A stretch of 64,000 nucleotides of DNA from an uncultured bacterium (GTDB lineage Bacteria; Verrucomicrobiota; Verrucomicrobiia; Limisphaerales; UBA8199), in the NCBI GenBank assembly GCA_963749495.1, contig CAVVMW010000004.1, positions 416,001 to 480,000 of the forward strand. The letters are read 5' to 3'. Each line of letters opens with the position of its first letter. Position 1 is the first letter of the stretch. The notes below the pieces were generated by a model. The model did no database searches. It saw only the letters and a program-made list of their open reading frames with translations, and was not told where the DNA came from. Shown here one piece after another: positions 43,771-54,071 of this stretch. The position numbers were made by a program, and so were the translations under genes.

Positions 43771-44980
43771 AGCTAGCTCCCCCTGCTACGCCTGTACGGA
43801 ATTTCTCCGCCCACTTCTTGTACCTGTCGAAATACGGCGTCCGGCCAGGCAGCGAGTCAAACACTAGGAGTATCGAGTCGTACAGCTCGCTCCATGCGAA
43901 TGTTTCGTTTGCCACCGTTGGCAGTTTAGGCAATATAGTGCCCTCACGAGCGAGGGTCTCAAGTGCCGTGTTGCCTTGGGCGTTCTCGTCACGAATCGTT
44001 TCTACTCTCTTTCCTCGGACTTCTGGATCCTCCGGGAGTGGTTGTGGGAGCAGCCCGTTCCGCAATGCAACGAGATAGGCGTGAAGTTTCTGCATCTTCC
44101 TCCCTACCTTGCGCCAGTCTATGACCCCGTTAGCCCAAATGGTGTCCGGTGCGTCAAATTGCTTTAGCGCCACGGCTGCGAAGGTGTCTCCGTTTTGCTG
44201 AGCACTGACAAGCTTGTCGCGCCCCCTCCTGTAGGCCTTCTGGTTGGAGTAAGACTTCCTCTCGATCTCGTCGATGACGGACTCCAATGATGGCAAATCA
44301 GTCTTCTTGCCCTGCGTGGCCGGGGAGGATGGGCTTGGGCGTTCGATCCTCGAGCACTCCTCCATCAGGCGGTGGAATAGATGCACGAAGACGTTGTACT
44401 CAAGCGCCGCCAGCGTACCTTCCTTTGTCTGGTGCGTGCCGAGACACCGGATTTCCTCGGCCGTGAGTTTCGACATGAGGCTGGCGATAGCCCTCACGGC
44501 AGTTACGTCCTTTGGTTCCCATCCAGGGCGAAGGGTGTCGGAGAGATGCTGCATCGAGTATGCCCTTGGCTGTCCGGGCAGGACGCTGAACTGTCTTGTC
44601 TGGTCATACGTTTTGACTCGAAGATCGAACAGGTGAATGTTGGGCGTAAGTTCCTGGAGGATGCCTTGAATGTGGTCAATGGCGTCCAATGCGTGAACGT
44701 GGCGGTCGGCTTGATCCCTGCGTTCTAGGGCCGGACCAGGACCGTGAACCCCGTCGGCACTGTAATAAACCGACCGAAAGGAGACGCGCTTTTGCTCCTG
44801 AAGAGCGTTCCACGTGAGATGTAAGACGTGGGCGAACTTGTCGAATTCAATGCCGCGCCATGATTTCTCGGTTTCCCGCAAGGCTGTGTTTTTTCGAATC
44901 CAATCGTCGAGCACAGTAACCCAAACCGCGTGTATGCCCCAGAGAGCTCTCCCATTTGAGCTGTGTCGTGGAAGCACCAT
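43760..44980 (-). CDS. Hypothetical 406 aa, largely helical protein
   Basis: Long ORF starting 1 nt after the upstream stop; no motif recognised. Confidence 0.75.
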   Translation of the reverse strand: MVLPRHSSNGRALWGIHAVWVTVLDDWIRKNTALRETEKSWRGIEFDKFAHVLHLTWNALQEQKRVSFRSVYYSADGVHGPGPALERRDQADRHVHALDAIDHIQGILQELTPNIHLFDLRVKTYDQTRQFSVLPGQPRAYSMQHLSDTLRPGWEPKDVTAVRAIASLMSKLTAEEIRCLGTHQTKEGTLAALEYNVFVHLFHRLMEECSRIERPSPSSPATQGKKTDLPSLESVIDEIERKSYSNQKAYRRGRDKLVSAQQNGDTFAAVALKQFDAPDTIWANGVIDWRKVGRKMQKLHAYLVALRNGLLPQPLPEDPEVRGKRVETIRDENAQGNTALETLAREGTILPKLPTVANETFAWSELYDSILLVFDSLPGRTPYFDRYKKWAEKFRTGVAGGASYGS

Positions 44981-44981
44981 C

Positions 44982-46535
44982 TTACAATCTCGGTTTCAAC
45001 TCTTCACCGCCACTTGCCAATTTTTCAAGCGCCTCCTCAGCAAACTCGCTGTCTGGCGCATACGCGCGAACCAGGAATTCCCGACCGTGGCGGACAATCG
45101 TCTTGTGCGTGGTCTTGAAAATAGCGTTGTCAATCAGTATGTCCATAATGACGGACCGCGTCTCGGCCGAGATACCGAGCTCTGCACCGCTCTCCATGAA
45201 TACCTCCCAAGGCAAGGGAGGGAATCCCTTCTGTGCAGGCTTGCTGTCCTCTCCAGGGAACCAATCGTCGCCGACGCTGAAACGCCTTTCCCTCTGCTCG
45301 GAGACAATCCTCTGAAGCAACCGGCGGCAGTCATCCCATTGGGTTGCATCGTCGATCACAAATACCCGCTTCCTCTGCTCGCTATCCCAGCCCGACTTTG
45401 ACTGGACGAGCTTGGAGAGTGCCCTATCAGTATGCGCCGCGACTGCAGAGTTGATGGCAGCCTCCAGTTCTTCGAAATTTAACAAGGGGTATACTGCGCG
45501 AAGGTGACCCAATGGCGAATTCGCCTCAGCCGAGCCTTTGATCGTGTCCGGGATCACGCCCTCCCGCACGAATGGCAGCAGCCCGGCCCACGCTGACTTC
45601 AGTAATTCCACGCCAGTAACCAAACTCACAAGGTGGAACGCGAGCTCTGCATGTCTCCCGGGAGGGCAGGCTTCCAGAGCTGGCCGGACATAGGACGGAG
45701 CCCCAAGCCACTGACCCGGGGTCCGAATAGATTCCAGAGGAACGGCAGGATACCAGATCGGTATAAGGACAAACTCTTTCGGCCCACGTCGAACCAATCG
45801 GAGTTTCAACGGAGCCTTTATCTCAAAATCGCAGCCCTCTGGCAGTTGGGCGAGTAACCTCTGGGTGTCTGCGACAACCGGCGATTCGACAGTCACGCCT
45901 GGAAAGTTGTAGCCCTCGCCAACATCGTATTGAATCGGCAAACCGAAAGTACTCAGCGCTCCGAGAAACCTTCTTATCGGCAAGGTGAAACGGAACGTGC
46001 TCTCGATGTGCTCGGTATCAAGTAGTAGGGCACCTTTGCTTCGTAAAGAATCGATGAGACACTCCCGATAGCGCAAGTAAAGCTCCTGCGAAACATTGCG
46101 CTCGATGGCAAAGTCCGGCGACGCTGCGGAGGGATCGACGCGGAAGTCCTGCGCCCGCCAGACGCCCTTCGTCAGAAAGTCTGCGTGAACAACAAAAGCG
46201 GCCGTCTTAACACGGACTGCTGCCCCAGGGGTGTTCTTTTCTATGTCTTCGATTGTCTGTTTCGTGCTGCCGCCCAGGTGAACCATCTCGTTGAAAACAA
46301 GTATCCTGTTCTTCTTACTCAAGTAGTTCGAAGGCAAATACCGCAGGGCCTCAGACGATAGGACGTCATCCCACTTCCAAGCACACCCGAACTCGGGCGC
46401 GAGGTCCATAAGAGCGCGCAGGAATGCGGTAGCCTTGCGCTCCACTGCTACGACAAAGTCAAATCGCGCCGGGTTGAGCAAGTCATTCAGCCAGGAGAAA
46501 AAGCGCTTCTCATGATATTCGACTTCCAGGTTCAT
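44982..46535 (-). CDS. Protein with degenerate type I phosphoribosyltransferase-like N-domain and possible C-terminal wHTH
   Basis: FDFVVAVERKA (strand-helix), RILVFNEMVHLGGS (compare the PRPP loop hhhhDDhhxxGxT), VKTAAFVV; C-terminal MDILIDNAIF. Confidence 0.65.
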   Translation of the reverse strand: MNLEVEYHEKRFFSWLNDLLNPARFDFVVAVERKATAFLRALMDLAPEFGCAWKWDDVLSSEALRYLPSNYLSKKNRILVFNEMVHLGGSTKQTIEDIEKNTPGAAVRVKTAAFVVHADFLTKGVWRAQDFRVDPSAASPDFAIERNVSQELYLRYRECLIDSLRSKGALLLDTEHIESTFRFTLPIRRFLGALSTFGLPIQYDVGEGYNFPGVTVESPVVADTQRLLAQLPEGCDFEIKAPLKLRLVRRGPKEFVLIPIWYPAVPLESIRTPGQWLGAPSYVRPALEACPPGRHAELAFHLVSLVTGVELLKSAWAGLLPFVREGVIPDTIKGSAEANSPLGHLRAVYPLLNFEELEAAINSAVAAHTDRALSKLVQSKSGWDSEQRKRVFVIDDATQWDDCRRLLQRIVSEQRERRFSVGDDWFPGEDSKPAQKGFPPLPWEVFMESGAELGISAETRSVIMDILIDNAIFKTTHKTIVRHGREFLVRAYAPDSEFAEEALEKLASGGEELKPRL

Positions 46536-47647
46536 TTCTTTCTTTCCACCGCTTTCTTCCGGTCAAGCGGCGTTAGCGTGTAATACAAGTAGATCAGGAG
46601 GTCGTAGGGTTCGATCAGCCGAAATCGCTCAGCGGCAGACTTCAGCATGTTGTCTAGCACAGCCGGTTCAGTGTCCAGGGCTGCGGCAACCTCGGCTCTG
46701 ATCCTAACCTTGAGCGCGTCCTCCGCCACTTCAAAAACATGAGTGAAGAACTCCGACGCGGTGGCGGCGATGTGATCAACGTTTCGCTTCTTCCAGATCT
46801 CGCGTGCGACCCCCGCTTCAGTGTCCGACTCGCCGGGGTGCCCGGAGGCCCGCGATACCGCAAAGGTCCGCTTACTTAGGCGTTCTCGAGTGTCCGCAAT
46901 CCTTTGGACGTTGAAAAAAATACCTCGCAAATCCATGTCGGTCAGCGAGTAGCCGACCATTACGAATATGTCGGTCGCAAGCGATGCGCGGAGCAGGTCG
47001 AAGATTGGACCTTCGACGGTCGCTTGGTTCTGCTCGCCGCAGACAATGGATCCAGGTTGGGAAATACTGCCATGCAGATGAACAACAGCGATCTGCTTGT
47101 TCCTTCGCGCCTCGGGGAGTGCGGCGATATCTGCATAAGTGATACAGCGGGCCTCAGTCTTACCCTCATCACCCTGAAAGGTTTTCTCGATAAGCGTGTC
47201 GAAGTTGGTGGTGAATATAACCTTCGGGAACACGCTGGGCAGCAGGCCGTGCAATTCCCGGAGCTTGATGTGGGCGGTCGAAATCTCCGCGGCGCCGAGT
47301 CCAGCGAACTCGTCCATCCACTGCTCAATGCCCTTGCGCGGAAGTTTTTCCTTAAGCCAGGCTGAGATGGCCTCGAAGGGATACTTCGCGGCAAGGGCGT
47401 CCAAATCAGGACGGCTTTTATCGTTCTCATGTTTGACGCCGAGAACGCATCTTCGCAGCATGCGTACGGCCAGATATGAACCATCTGGGACCGTTGTTTC
47501 CTCGCCATCGAGACGCGTCTTGCTTTCTACCGACACTCCGGCGCCAAGGAGGAATCCGATTTCACCGCGAAGAAGACTATCCACGATAACGGAGTAATCC
47601 TCCTCGTAGAGTCCTGGAGGAGCCCCCAGAGTTGCTTGGTTGCTCAT
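46532..47647 (-). CDS. SIR2-family (SIR2_2-like) domain protein
   Basis: FLLGAGVS, IFTTNFDTLIE, VHLHGS, MVGYSLTD: the motif set of defence-associated SIR2 NADases. Confidence 0.9.
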   Translation of the reverse strand: MSNQATLGAPPGLYEEDYSVIVDSLLRGEIGFLLGAGVSVESKTRLDGEETTVPDGSYLAVRMLRRCVLGVKHENDKSRPDLDALAAKYPFEAISAWLKEKLPRKGIEQWMDEFAGLGAAEISTAHIKLRELHGLLPSVFPKVIFTTNFDTLIEKTFQGDEGKTEARCITYADIAALPEARRNKQIAVVHLHGSISQPGSIVCGEQNQATVEGPIFDLLRASLATDIFVMVGYSLTDMDLRGIFFNVQRIADTRERLSKRTFAVSRASGHPGESDTEAGVAREIWKKRNVDHIAATASEFFTHVFEVAEDALKVRIRAEVAAALDTEPAVLDNMLKSAAERFRLIEPYDLLIYLYYTLTPLDRKKAVERKK

Positions 47648-47649
47648 GG

Positions 47650-48330
47650 TTACCTTTCCTCGAAAACAAGGCCTCGCTTCCTGTGCCAGTCGCCTGGCGA
47701 TCTGAGATACGTGTTCACAGATCTCAACTCGGCTGGCTTGAGAACTCCCGCGGTCCTGGCCACCAGCAAGGCTGCCTTCATGTCAGTGACAGAGAGCAAA
47801 CGAATCTTGTTCGCCATTAGGGCTCTGCCTCCGCCTTGGAGACGATCGAAGACCACCAGCACGGTCAACACTTTGCCGCCAGCGCTCTTGATGGCCTCGA
47901 TGAAGCCCATTTTACTTCCGGCATCAGTGACCAAATCTTCCGTGAGCAGCACGCGAAGGCCGCGCGGAGGAATACCTTCGACGAGAGAGGCAAGTCCGTG
48001 CCCTTTGGTCTGTTTGCGGACATAGACCATTGGCTTCCCAAACGCGTGCGCCAGGATGGCCGCAAATGGAATTCCTGCCGTCTCCCCTCCAGCAACGACA
48101 TCAAATTCGATCCGGTTGGCTTCGCAGAGGATCCGGGCCGCGGCGCTAAACAGGTCGCAGAAAGCTCGCGACGAAATCAACCGTCGACAGTTGATGTAAA
48201 TCGGGCTGTAATTCCCAGAGGTCAGCTTGAACGGATTGGCGAGATCCACCTTCACCGCGCCGAGTTGCCAAAGGTGAAGGGCAGCCGCCCGCTGAATGCT
48301 GTCGAGGATTTGCGTCGTCAGATCACTCAT
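47650..48330 (-). CDS. pyrE: Orotate phosphoribosyltransferase (PyrE-like)
   Basis: FKLTSGNYSPIYINCRR, AGGETAGIPFA, YVRKQTKGHG, LLTEDLVTDAGSK, VVFDR. Confidence 0.88.
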   Translation of the reverse strand: MSDLTTQILDSIQRAAALHLWQLGAVKVDLANPFKLTSGNYSPIYINCRRLISSRAFCDLFSAAARILCEANRIEFDVVAGGETAGIPFAAILAHAFGKPMVYVRKQTKGHGLASLVEGIPPRGLRVLLTEDLVTDAGSKMGFIEAIKSAGGKVLTVLVVFDRLQGGGRALMANKIRLLSVTDMKAALLVARTAGVLKPAELRSVNTYLRSPGDWHRKRGLVFEER

Positions 48331-49049
48331 GCGCCATTTCGTGGATAAAGCCGTCTAGGGCTGCATGCGGGTCCCGTGCGCTGTATATGGCAGTTCCGAT
48401 TATGGCGAAGCGCCGGTGCGGTCTGGCAGCCTCAAACGCGACCTTCAATGAACCGCCCTGAGCGCCGATTCCTGGCATCATGATGGACGCACCCTTCACA
48501 TTTGAAAGGAGACCGCTAGCTATTTTCTTCACAACTTCGGGCTTGGTGCCCGGCAACACGAAATCCTTGACGCCAAGTCCCAGCGCCGCCTGGCCCATTC
48601 TGTCGGGAGCGTCATCCACGATGTACCCACCCTCCGATTTCAGATAGGCCTCATGGGTCATCACCAGACCAAGAATCGGTGTCAGCCCGGAACCGAAGGC
48701 AGTCTGTCACGAAACCCTCAAGCGTTTTCGGACCGGCCTGGGGAAAGAAAATCACGCCCGCTACGCCGGCGTCACGACAAACGCGGGCGAACGGCTTTCC
48801 CATCTGCGGAATATCGGTTCCCGCTTTTTGATGGTCATAAATCACCGGCAAGTTCGAGACTGCCTTCACGGCTTCAACCACAGCGGGGAGACCGTATATC
48901 AGGCCCAGCATGAAGCCGACCTTGACGCCGACAACCTCGGGGTGCTCAGCGCACGTCTGCGCGAGGCGGCGAAGATCATCAAGTGTCGGCACGTCGGCCG
49001 CCAAAATGATACCTTTGTCGCCTCGAAATAATGCAGATTGATCGTTCAT
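48323..49049 (-). CDS. pyrF: Orotidine-5'-phosphate decarboxylase (PyrF-like); frameshift near 48702
   Basis: IILAADV, GVKVG, IYDHQKAGTDIP, MTH, MPGIGAQGG, IIGTAIYSA. The two ORFs join after removing one base. Confidence 0.82.
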
Positions 49050-49123
49050 AGCGCACCCCAATTATGCGCTCGTGCTGTGCCAAAGCAGGTAACGCCGACA
49101 TTCTGTAAACGATAAACTGGAAC

Positions 49124-49151
49124 TTTCTAGCAGGTACGCCCCCTACGTCAA
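49124..49151 (-). promoter_or_regulatory. Putative sigma70 promoter for the pyrF-SIR2 operon
   Basis: Minus strand TTGACG-N16-TAGAAA with TG extension, ~75 nt upstream of the pyrF ATG; TTATTCAC direct repeat just upstream (49160-49179). Confidence 0.4.
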
Positions 49152-49433
49152 GTGCTTAGTTATTCACCGGTTATTCACAATCTCCGCTCCGGCTTCCCCG
49201 TTTGGGCGGGCCTTTGACGCCGGGAGAGATGGCAATACGAAAATTAGACGTCGCAGTGCCCTCCACCTCGGCCCGCGTCCCTTTTCGGCGTGTTGAGCCG
49301 GCCTCTGGAGGATGGAGACCCAGAAGGACGTTGACGAGACCCCCGGGGAGATTGACGCCCAGCGAGCCGACACGCGGGCGGTGGCCTCAGCGCCGGTTGC
49401 GCAACGCCCCCAAAGCCGTCAAACCACAGGCCA

Positions 49434-49824
49434 GGCTCGCTGCTTGCCTTTGCCGGACACGGTTGCCGGAATATCGTCGTCGATGGGCGGGAGTTAGTGT
49501 TCGCCAGCAGGCCCGTTTCCCTCGTCGCGTGGGCGCCCGTGCTGCCCCAACGACGAGTCCCCGGCGGGGCCATCCTCGAAATTTGGAGCCAGGGCGAGGC
49601 GGACATCAGCCTGCCGCTGCCCAGCGGGACGGAGCGCGGCCATCTCTACTTCCAGGGAGCGAGGCTCGACGCCTTCGGGGAGAAACTCGAGTGCGATTGC
49701 TCCGGCGGCCTTCTGCGGTTCAAGTCCCGGAATGATTGGCCGCGGAACCATCTGTTTTTTGTCGGCGGATAGGACCAAGCGGCGTGCTGCCCGGCGGAAA
49801 GGTTCAGGTCCGTCCTCAGCTCCT
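49434..49824 (+). repeat. Right copy of ~390 bp direct repeat (displaced 3' gene fragment)
   Basis: Matches 37163-37554. Confidence 0.95.
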
Positions 49825-49867
49825 CAGATAGCCCTCGCGTGAGTGCTCCAGTGTTCGTTGGTTCGAT

Positions 49868-51604
49868 TTGGCCTTCACGATGTGTCGAAGCCAGGATCTC
49901 GAATACATTGACCCCCTGCGTGCCTCGTCATATTATCCGGCCATGGATGCGAAACTCAGCCCGGCTTCCAGGCATCTTCTCGCCGCCCGTATCAGATCCG
50001 ACCAGGAACTTCCTTTCCCTCGCGGCGGTTTCGCAATGGCAGGCCGGCAGGACGCCTGCGATGCCAAGCGGGCCGGCTGCCCCACTGTGCGCGGATACAG
50101 GGAGTCAGGCCCAGCGCCGGTCCTGATAGCCCTGCTTGTGATGCTCCTGGCAATATCAGGGGCATCAGCAACGGAGGAAACGCCGGCTGCAAGGCAGGGT
50201 GGAGTGGGTGCTTGGGGCGCGGTCACGAACGGCCTGCAAAGCCGGCTATTTCTGGAACGGGCGGTGTTCAAGCCGGATGAGCCTATTCTCGTGAAGGTGC
50301 TGGTGAGGAATGTCACGGATAGGCCGGTTCGCTACGACGGACGCTATAGCAATTCCTGGCAGGTGTTTCCTCCCGGTCCAGGGGGCAGGCCTGCTCCGGA
50401 CATCTCCCAAGGGGCCCAGACGGTGCTGTCTCGACAAAAGTATGAGTACCCGACCATTGCTCCCGGGCGGGAGGTCGAGGTCGCTTCTATGCCACTGGAC
50501 CGTGTTTATTGGCACTTATGTGAACCCGGCAAATACCGGGTCCGCTGGGAGGGCACCTCGGTGCAGCCGCCGGGAGATGATGCCGCGAGAGCATGGACGA
50601 ACTATTTCTGGGTCGCGCGAGGGAGTTCCGAGGAACGAGAGGCGCAGAATCGCGCCGCGCGAGAGGCGCACCAGAGGGCGCTTGACGAAGCGCGGCGGAT
50701 CGCTGTAGGGCTGCCGCCGGTTGAACCGGTTGAGATCGAAATCGTGCGAGTGCCCGGGGTCTATCCGGCTCGCGGCGTGATCGTTCGAACAGTGGAGGTC
50801 CTTCCGCCCGCCTGGAGAATTGACGGGGTAGAATTGGAGTCCAAGGCTGCCCAACCGCAAGGGCGAGAGCGCGGCAGCGGGTCTGTTTTACGCCTGATGT
50901 CGTACTACGGGGGCGGGGAGAAATACCAACCCATCATGCACCTGCAGGTGATGGCCCGGCGGGCTGCGGAAGATCCGGCGATGGGAGCAAACGGCAAACC
51001 GGCCGCACGTTACCTTGGCAAAGGGCCTTACGGCTACGTGTACTTGGATGAGCCAAGCGGCCGGATGCGGTGCTTATGGCACCATGCCGCTTACGACTTG
51101 GCCGCCGCCCTCGAAGTGAACGACCCCCCTCCGGTGAAACCCGCTGGTCCGGATTGGGGCAGGATGATCAGCCAGGTGCTGAGTGATTCAATGATTGACT
51201 CGCACAAAAACTGGAGTCACTACGCGCCGAGAAACGCTCCCCTCTGGTATTTTGTTGTCCGATCTGATCTCTCCGCTGGAGAGGCGGGAAGGCCTTTGCT
51301 TTATTACGACTCGACAAAGACGGGCTTCTCGGAAGGAGACACGCGGGAACGCGCAAAGGCAGGTGACACAAGCCGTTACCTGGTTGCCTTGTCAATCCAA
51401 CCTATTGGCCCGGCGGAGCCTCCGGGGATAAAGGAAGCCGACCAGTCGATCCACTGGGACGGAGTCTCCCCCAGCCGGAGTTACCGCGTGAAACGCTTGG
51501 GCGTGGATATCCTGTTGGAGGTCCGAAGTCAAGACCAGGAGTTCGCGCGGAAACTCAACGATTTCCTGGAGCGCGCCCTGACGTCGGTCCTCAGCGGTGC
51601 GTGA
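49868..51604 (+). CDS. Hypothetical secreted protein (start uncertain)
   Basis: Hydrophobic signal-like VLIALLVMLLAISGASA, then WGAVTNGLQ and an Ig-like segment (EPILVKVLVRNVTD...PGKYRVRW). Confidence 0.65.
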   Translation: MAFTMCRSQDLEYIDPLRASSYYPAMDAKLSPASRHLLAARIRSDQELPFPRGGFAMAGRQDACDAKRAGCPTVRGYRESGPAPVLIALLVMLLAISGASATEETPAARQGGVGAWGAVTNGLQSRLFLERAVFKPDEPILVKVLVRNVTDRPVRYDGRYSNSWQVFPPGPGGRPAPDISQGAQTVLSRQKYEYPTIAPGREVEVASMPLDRVYWHLCEPGKYRVRWEGTSVQPPGDDAARAWTNYFWVARGSSEEREAQNRAAREAHQRALDEARRIAVGLPPVEPVEIEIVRVPGVYPARGVIVRTVEVLPPAWRIDGVELESKAAQPQGRERGSGSVLRLMSYYGGGEKYQPIMHLQVMARRAAEDPAMGANGKPAARYLGKGPYGYVYLDEPSGRMRCLWHHAAYDLAAALEVNDPPPVKPAGPDWGRMISQVLSDSMIDSHKNWSHYAPRNAPLWYFVVRSDLSAGEAGRPLLYYDSTKTGFSEGDTRERAKAGDTSRYLVALSIQPIGPAEPPGIKEADQSIHWDGVSPSRSYRVKRLGVDILLEVRSQDQEFARKLNDFLERALTSVLSGA

Positions 51605-51942
51605 CGCGGGAAAGCGGGACGATCAGATTGGGTCGTGCTGCCCTTGTTGTCCCGAAGGGACTGCCCGACAATAGCCCGGTGCTTCAGCGCCGGGAACGGC
51701 GGTTTAATCGTGAGCCCGTCCCGAAGGGGCGGCAGAATGCGCCTCAGGCGTCCCTTCGGGACGCAGGCTCCTCTGGACGTCGGACCCGGCGCTCAAGCGC
51801 CGGGCTATTCTCGTGATGTCCCGCCGGGACAGGCTCTTGAGCCGGCCTATCACTCATGGCGAAGTCAAATTCGGTCCACGACCTGAACAGGCTCTTGTGC
51901 GCATCACTGGACCAAGGCCCCCTCTCCTCTCCCCGCAGGATG

Positions 51943-53382
51943 TCATCGCTCGGGCGAGGGATACTGTTCGGGGGCTTTGCCGGCGGACTCGATTACCTCC
52001 GGCTGCGTTAATATGGACGGTTGGGCCTCAACGTTCTCCAGACGCACCTTGAACCGCCAATAATCGCCGTAATCGAACGTGAAGAGCATGTCGTCTTTGA
52101 GCCCCAGATCGGTCTCGCCGACCAAAATTTCTGGCGTCCAAGGGCCATCGTCGGTGTAGGGGTGATTATACACTCGGCTCCGGCCGCGCTGGTCGCGGTA
52201 GCGGAAGTCGTAGAGGTGATCCTCATCGAGCTTGAAGGCATCGAGGATCGCCCCGGCCAATTCATCCAGGGAGGCGTCTGCCGGCACGGCCAGCCGGCGC
52301 CAGATGCCGCCGCCTCCTCCTCGCCAGCCGGTGAGGCTGACCTTGAAAATGTGGGTCCCCGTCCGGACTTCGCGCTTCGCCCGCGCATAGACGGTTTGCC
52401 ATTCCGGGAAGTAAGGTTGGAAAATCGCTTGCAGCGTTCCAAACCGGGCCTCCGGCCCGGGTTCATCCGGCGTTTCGTCCGGCTCCATTTCCTCTTCGTC
52501 GGATTCCATGCCGCCCGAGCCGCCACGCTGCCCGGCTTCAGCCTGGCCTGAGGCTGGAAGAAGGTCTGCTTGCGGGATTTCGAGCGGCTGCTCGCCCGTG
52601 CCCGGGGCGGCTTCCCCGGTCTCCGCCTCGTCGGCGTCCAGGTCACTCTCTCTCCAGAACTCGATCAACCCCCAGGTGACTGCTGTCCCCCACGGCGTGA
52701 GCCTGGCGCCGCCGATATGCCAACCGCGTCCGCCAAAGTCCTGCCGCTCCTCCTCCCGGAACGGTCGCGGCCGGATCTCGATGAGGCCCAATTGCTGCTG
52801 CAGGAACAGGTTCCAAGGTGGAATCTCGCCGTGAGGCCCCAGAGTGGAAGCGGACTCGTAGGGACTAAAATTCCGCCAGTGGTCGCTCAACTGGCCCAGA
52901 AACCGCGGGATCGTTTCGAGGGCCGGCTCCTCCTCGCGCCTGCGCTCGCCGCCCAGCACCGATGATTGGGCCTGGAAGATCAGCGCCTCGAGCAAGGCAA
53001 AATACTGCTCCGTCGGGTTCAAGCTCGGCCAAAACTCCAGGGCTGTGGGGCCAAGAACCAGGCGTTTGCCCTTCACCTCGAGCAGGTCCATTACGCGCAG
53101 CAGAATAAAAAGTCCCGCCAGGTTCGGGTAATCCTGGAGGAGGGCGCGCTTCAAGGCGAGCTTGACGGGATGGCTTATTTCGGCGTTAAGTTCCGGCAGC
53201 CGTTCGGCTGGAAACGTTGCGTTGCGGCTCTTGGTGACGATGCCCGCGGGACCAACGAACTCGAAGCAAAGTGCGAATGTCCTTCAGAATTGTGCCGGGA
53301 TTCCCGGGCACGATTTGTTGTTCGGTCAGCCGCCGTCGACATTCCTCAGCGAGGCCTTCCCATCGTTTCCTGGCCCTGCCAT
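51943..53382 (-). CDS. Plasmid pRiA4b ORF-3 family (IS1096 passenger TnpR-like) protein; 5' part frameshifted, start uncertain
   Basis: C-terminal IWRRLAVP..SLDELAGAILDAF..DHLYDF..FTFDYGDYWRFKVRLE; upstream frame PGTILKDI joins near 53265. Confidence 0.8.
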
Positions 53383-54071
53383 CAAACGCGTAGATAAAAA
53401 ACATACATGTTCCTTGCGTTGAACCTGCCCACACCGCGCAGGCCGCTCCACTGATCTCCTGCTCCGGCAAGCGGGACGAATGCCAGGGCGCACTGGTGAA
53501 TCTTGCGCGCTCTTGCCCGCCTTCGCAAGTTGTTGCTTGAAACCCAAATCCGCGGCTTATCAAACGGAATACGCGGTTCTCCATCTTCGCTCGATTGGCG
53601 CGAGACTTGAGGTGGCTGGATACTCCTGATCTTTTTCGCACTGGAAGGCCGTTAGGCGAGGATTTGGGGGCGTGCTGCCCGGCGGAAAGGGCCAGGTCCG
53701 TCCTCTCCAGGAACCGACGCCGAGCCCGAAGGTTTTGGGAATTCTTTCAGGGCGCGCCTAATCCTGCGGGGGCATGTTCCCAGGGCATCGGCCTGACGGC
53801 CTCAGCCCTGGGCTGGACTCTGCCGGCCCTTTGGGCCGGACATCCATCCCGACTGCGTAGCCTGGAGAACCCTATTTCTGCGCATGCTTGCTGACCACCC
53901 AGTGCAGCGCGGCCTCTTCGCCGGAGATCTTCCCGCGATCGACGTAACTGATCCAATTGGGGATGGGATCCAGTGTGGCAAGGTTTATGCTCTGCTTTCG
54001 AGGCGTTCTCGTCTCTTGTGGTCCGCCACGGGAGTGCCAACAGCCGGCACTCAACGGGAAAACTCGAGTTT

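Larger units (their letters stand above)
37555..49433. mobile_element. ~12 kb genomic island between direct repeats; no integrase visible
   Basis: Flanking 390 bp repeats, visibly less GC-rich codon usage than the backbone (not computed), no host REP/heptamer repeats seen inside, defence-type cargo. Confidence 0.75.

Noticed and set aside
46532..47647. Assignment to Thoeris, SIR2-HerA, DSR or short pAgo
   Set aside because: No recognisable TIR ThsB, SLOG/Macro domain, HerA ATPase (no Walker A) or PIWI partner among the neighbours.
47650..49049. pyrE-pyrF as an ordinary pyrimidine biosynthesis operon
   Set aside because: No other pyr genes, island location and tight coupling to SIR2 make this less likely; it is not fully excluded without the rest of the genome.
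49160..49179. TTATTCACA as a DnaA box / replication origin
   Set aside because: Only one full and one partial match, with no AT-rich unwinding element or rep/dnaA gene; more likely an operator or chance.
37163..49824. Duplicated gene 3' end as a DGR variable/template repeat pair
   Set aside because: Mismatches are not adenine-specific (G/C and C/T changes are present) and there is no reverse transcriptase in the window.
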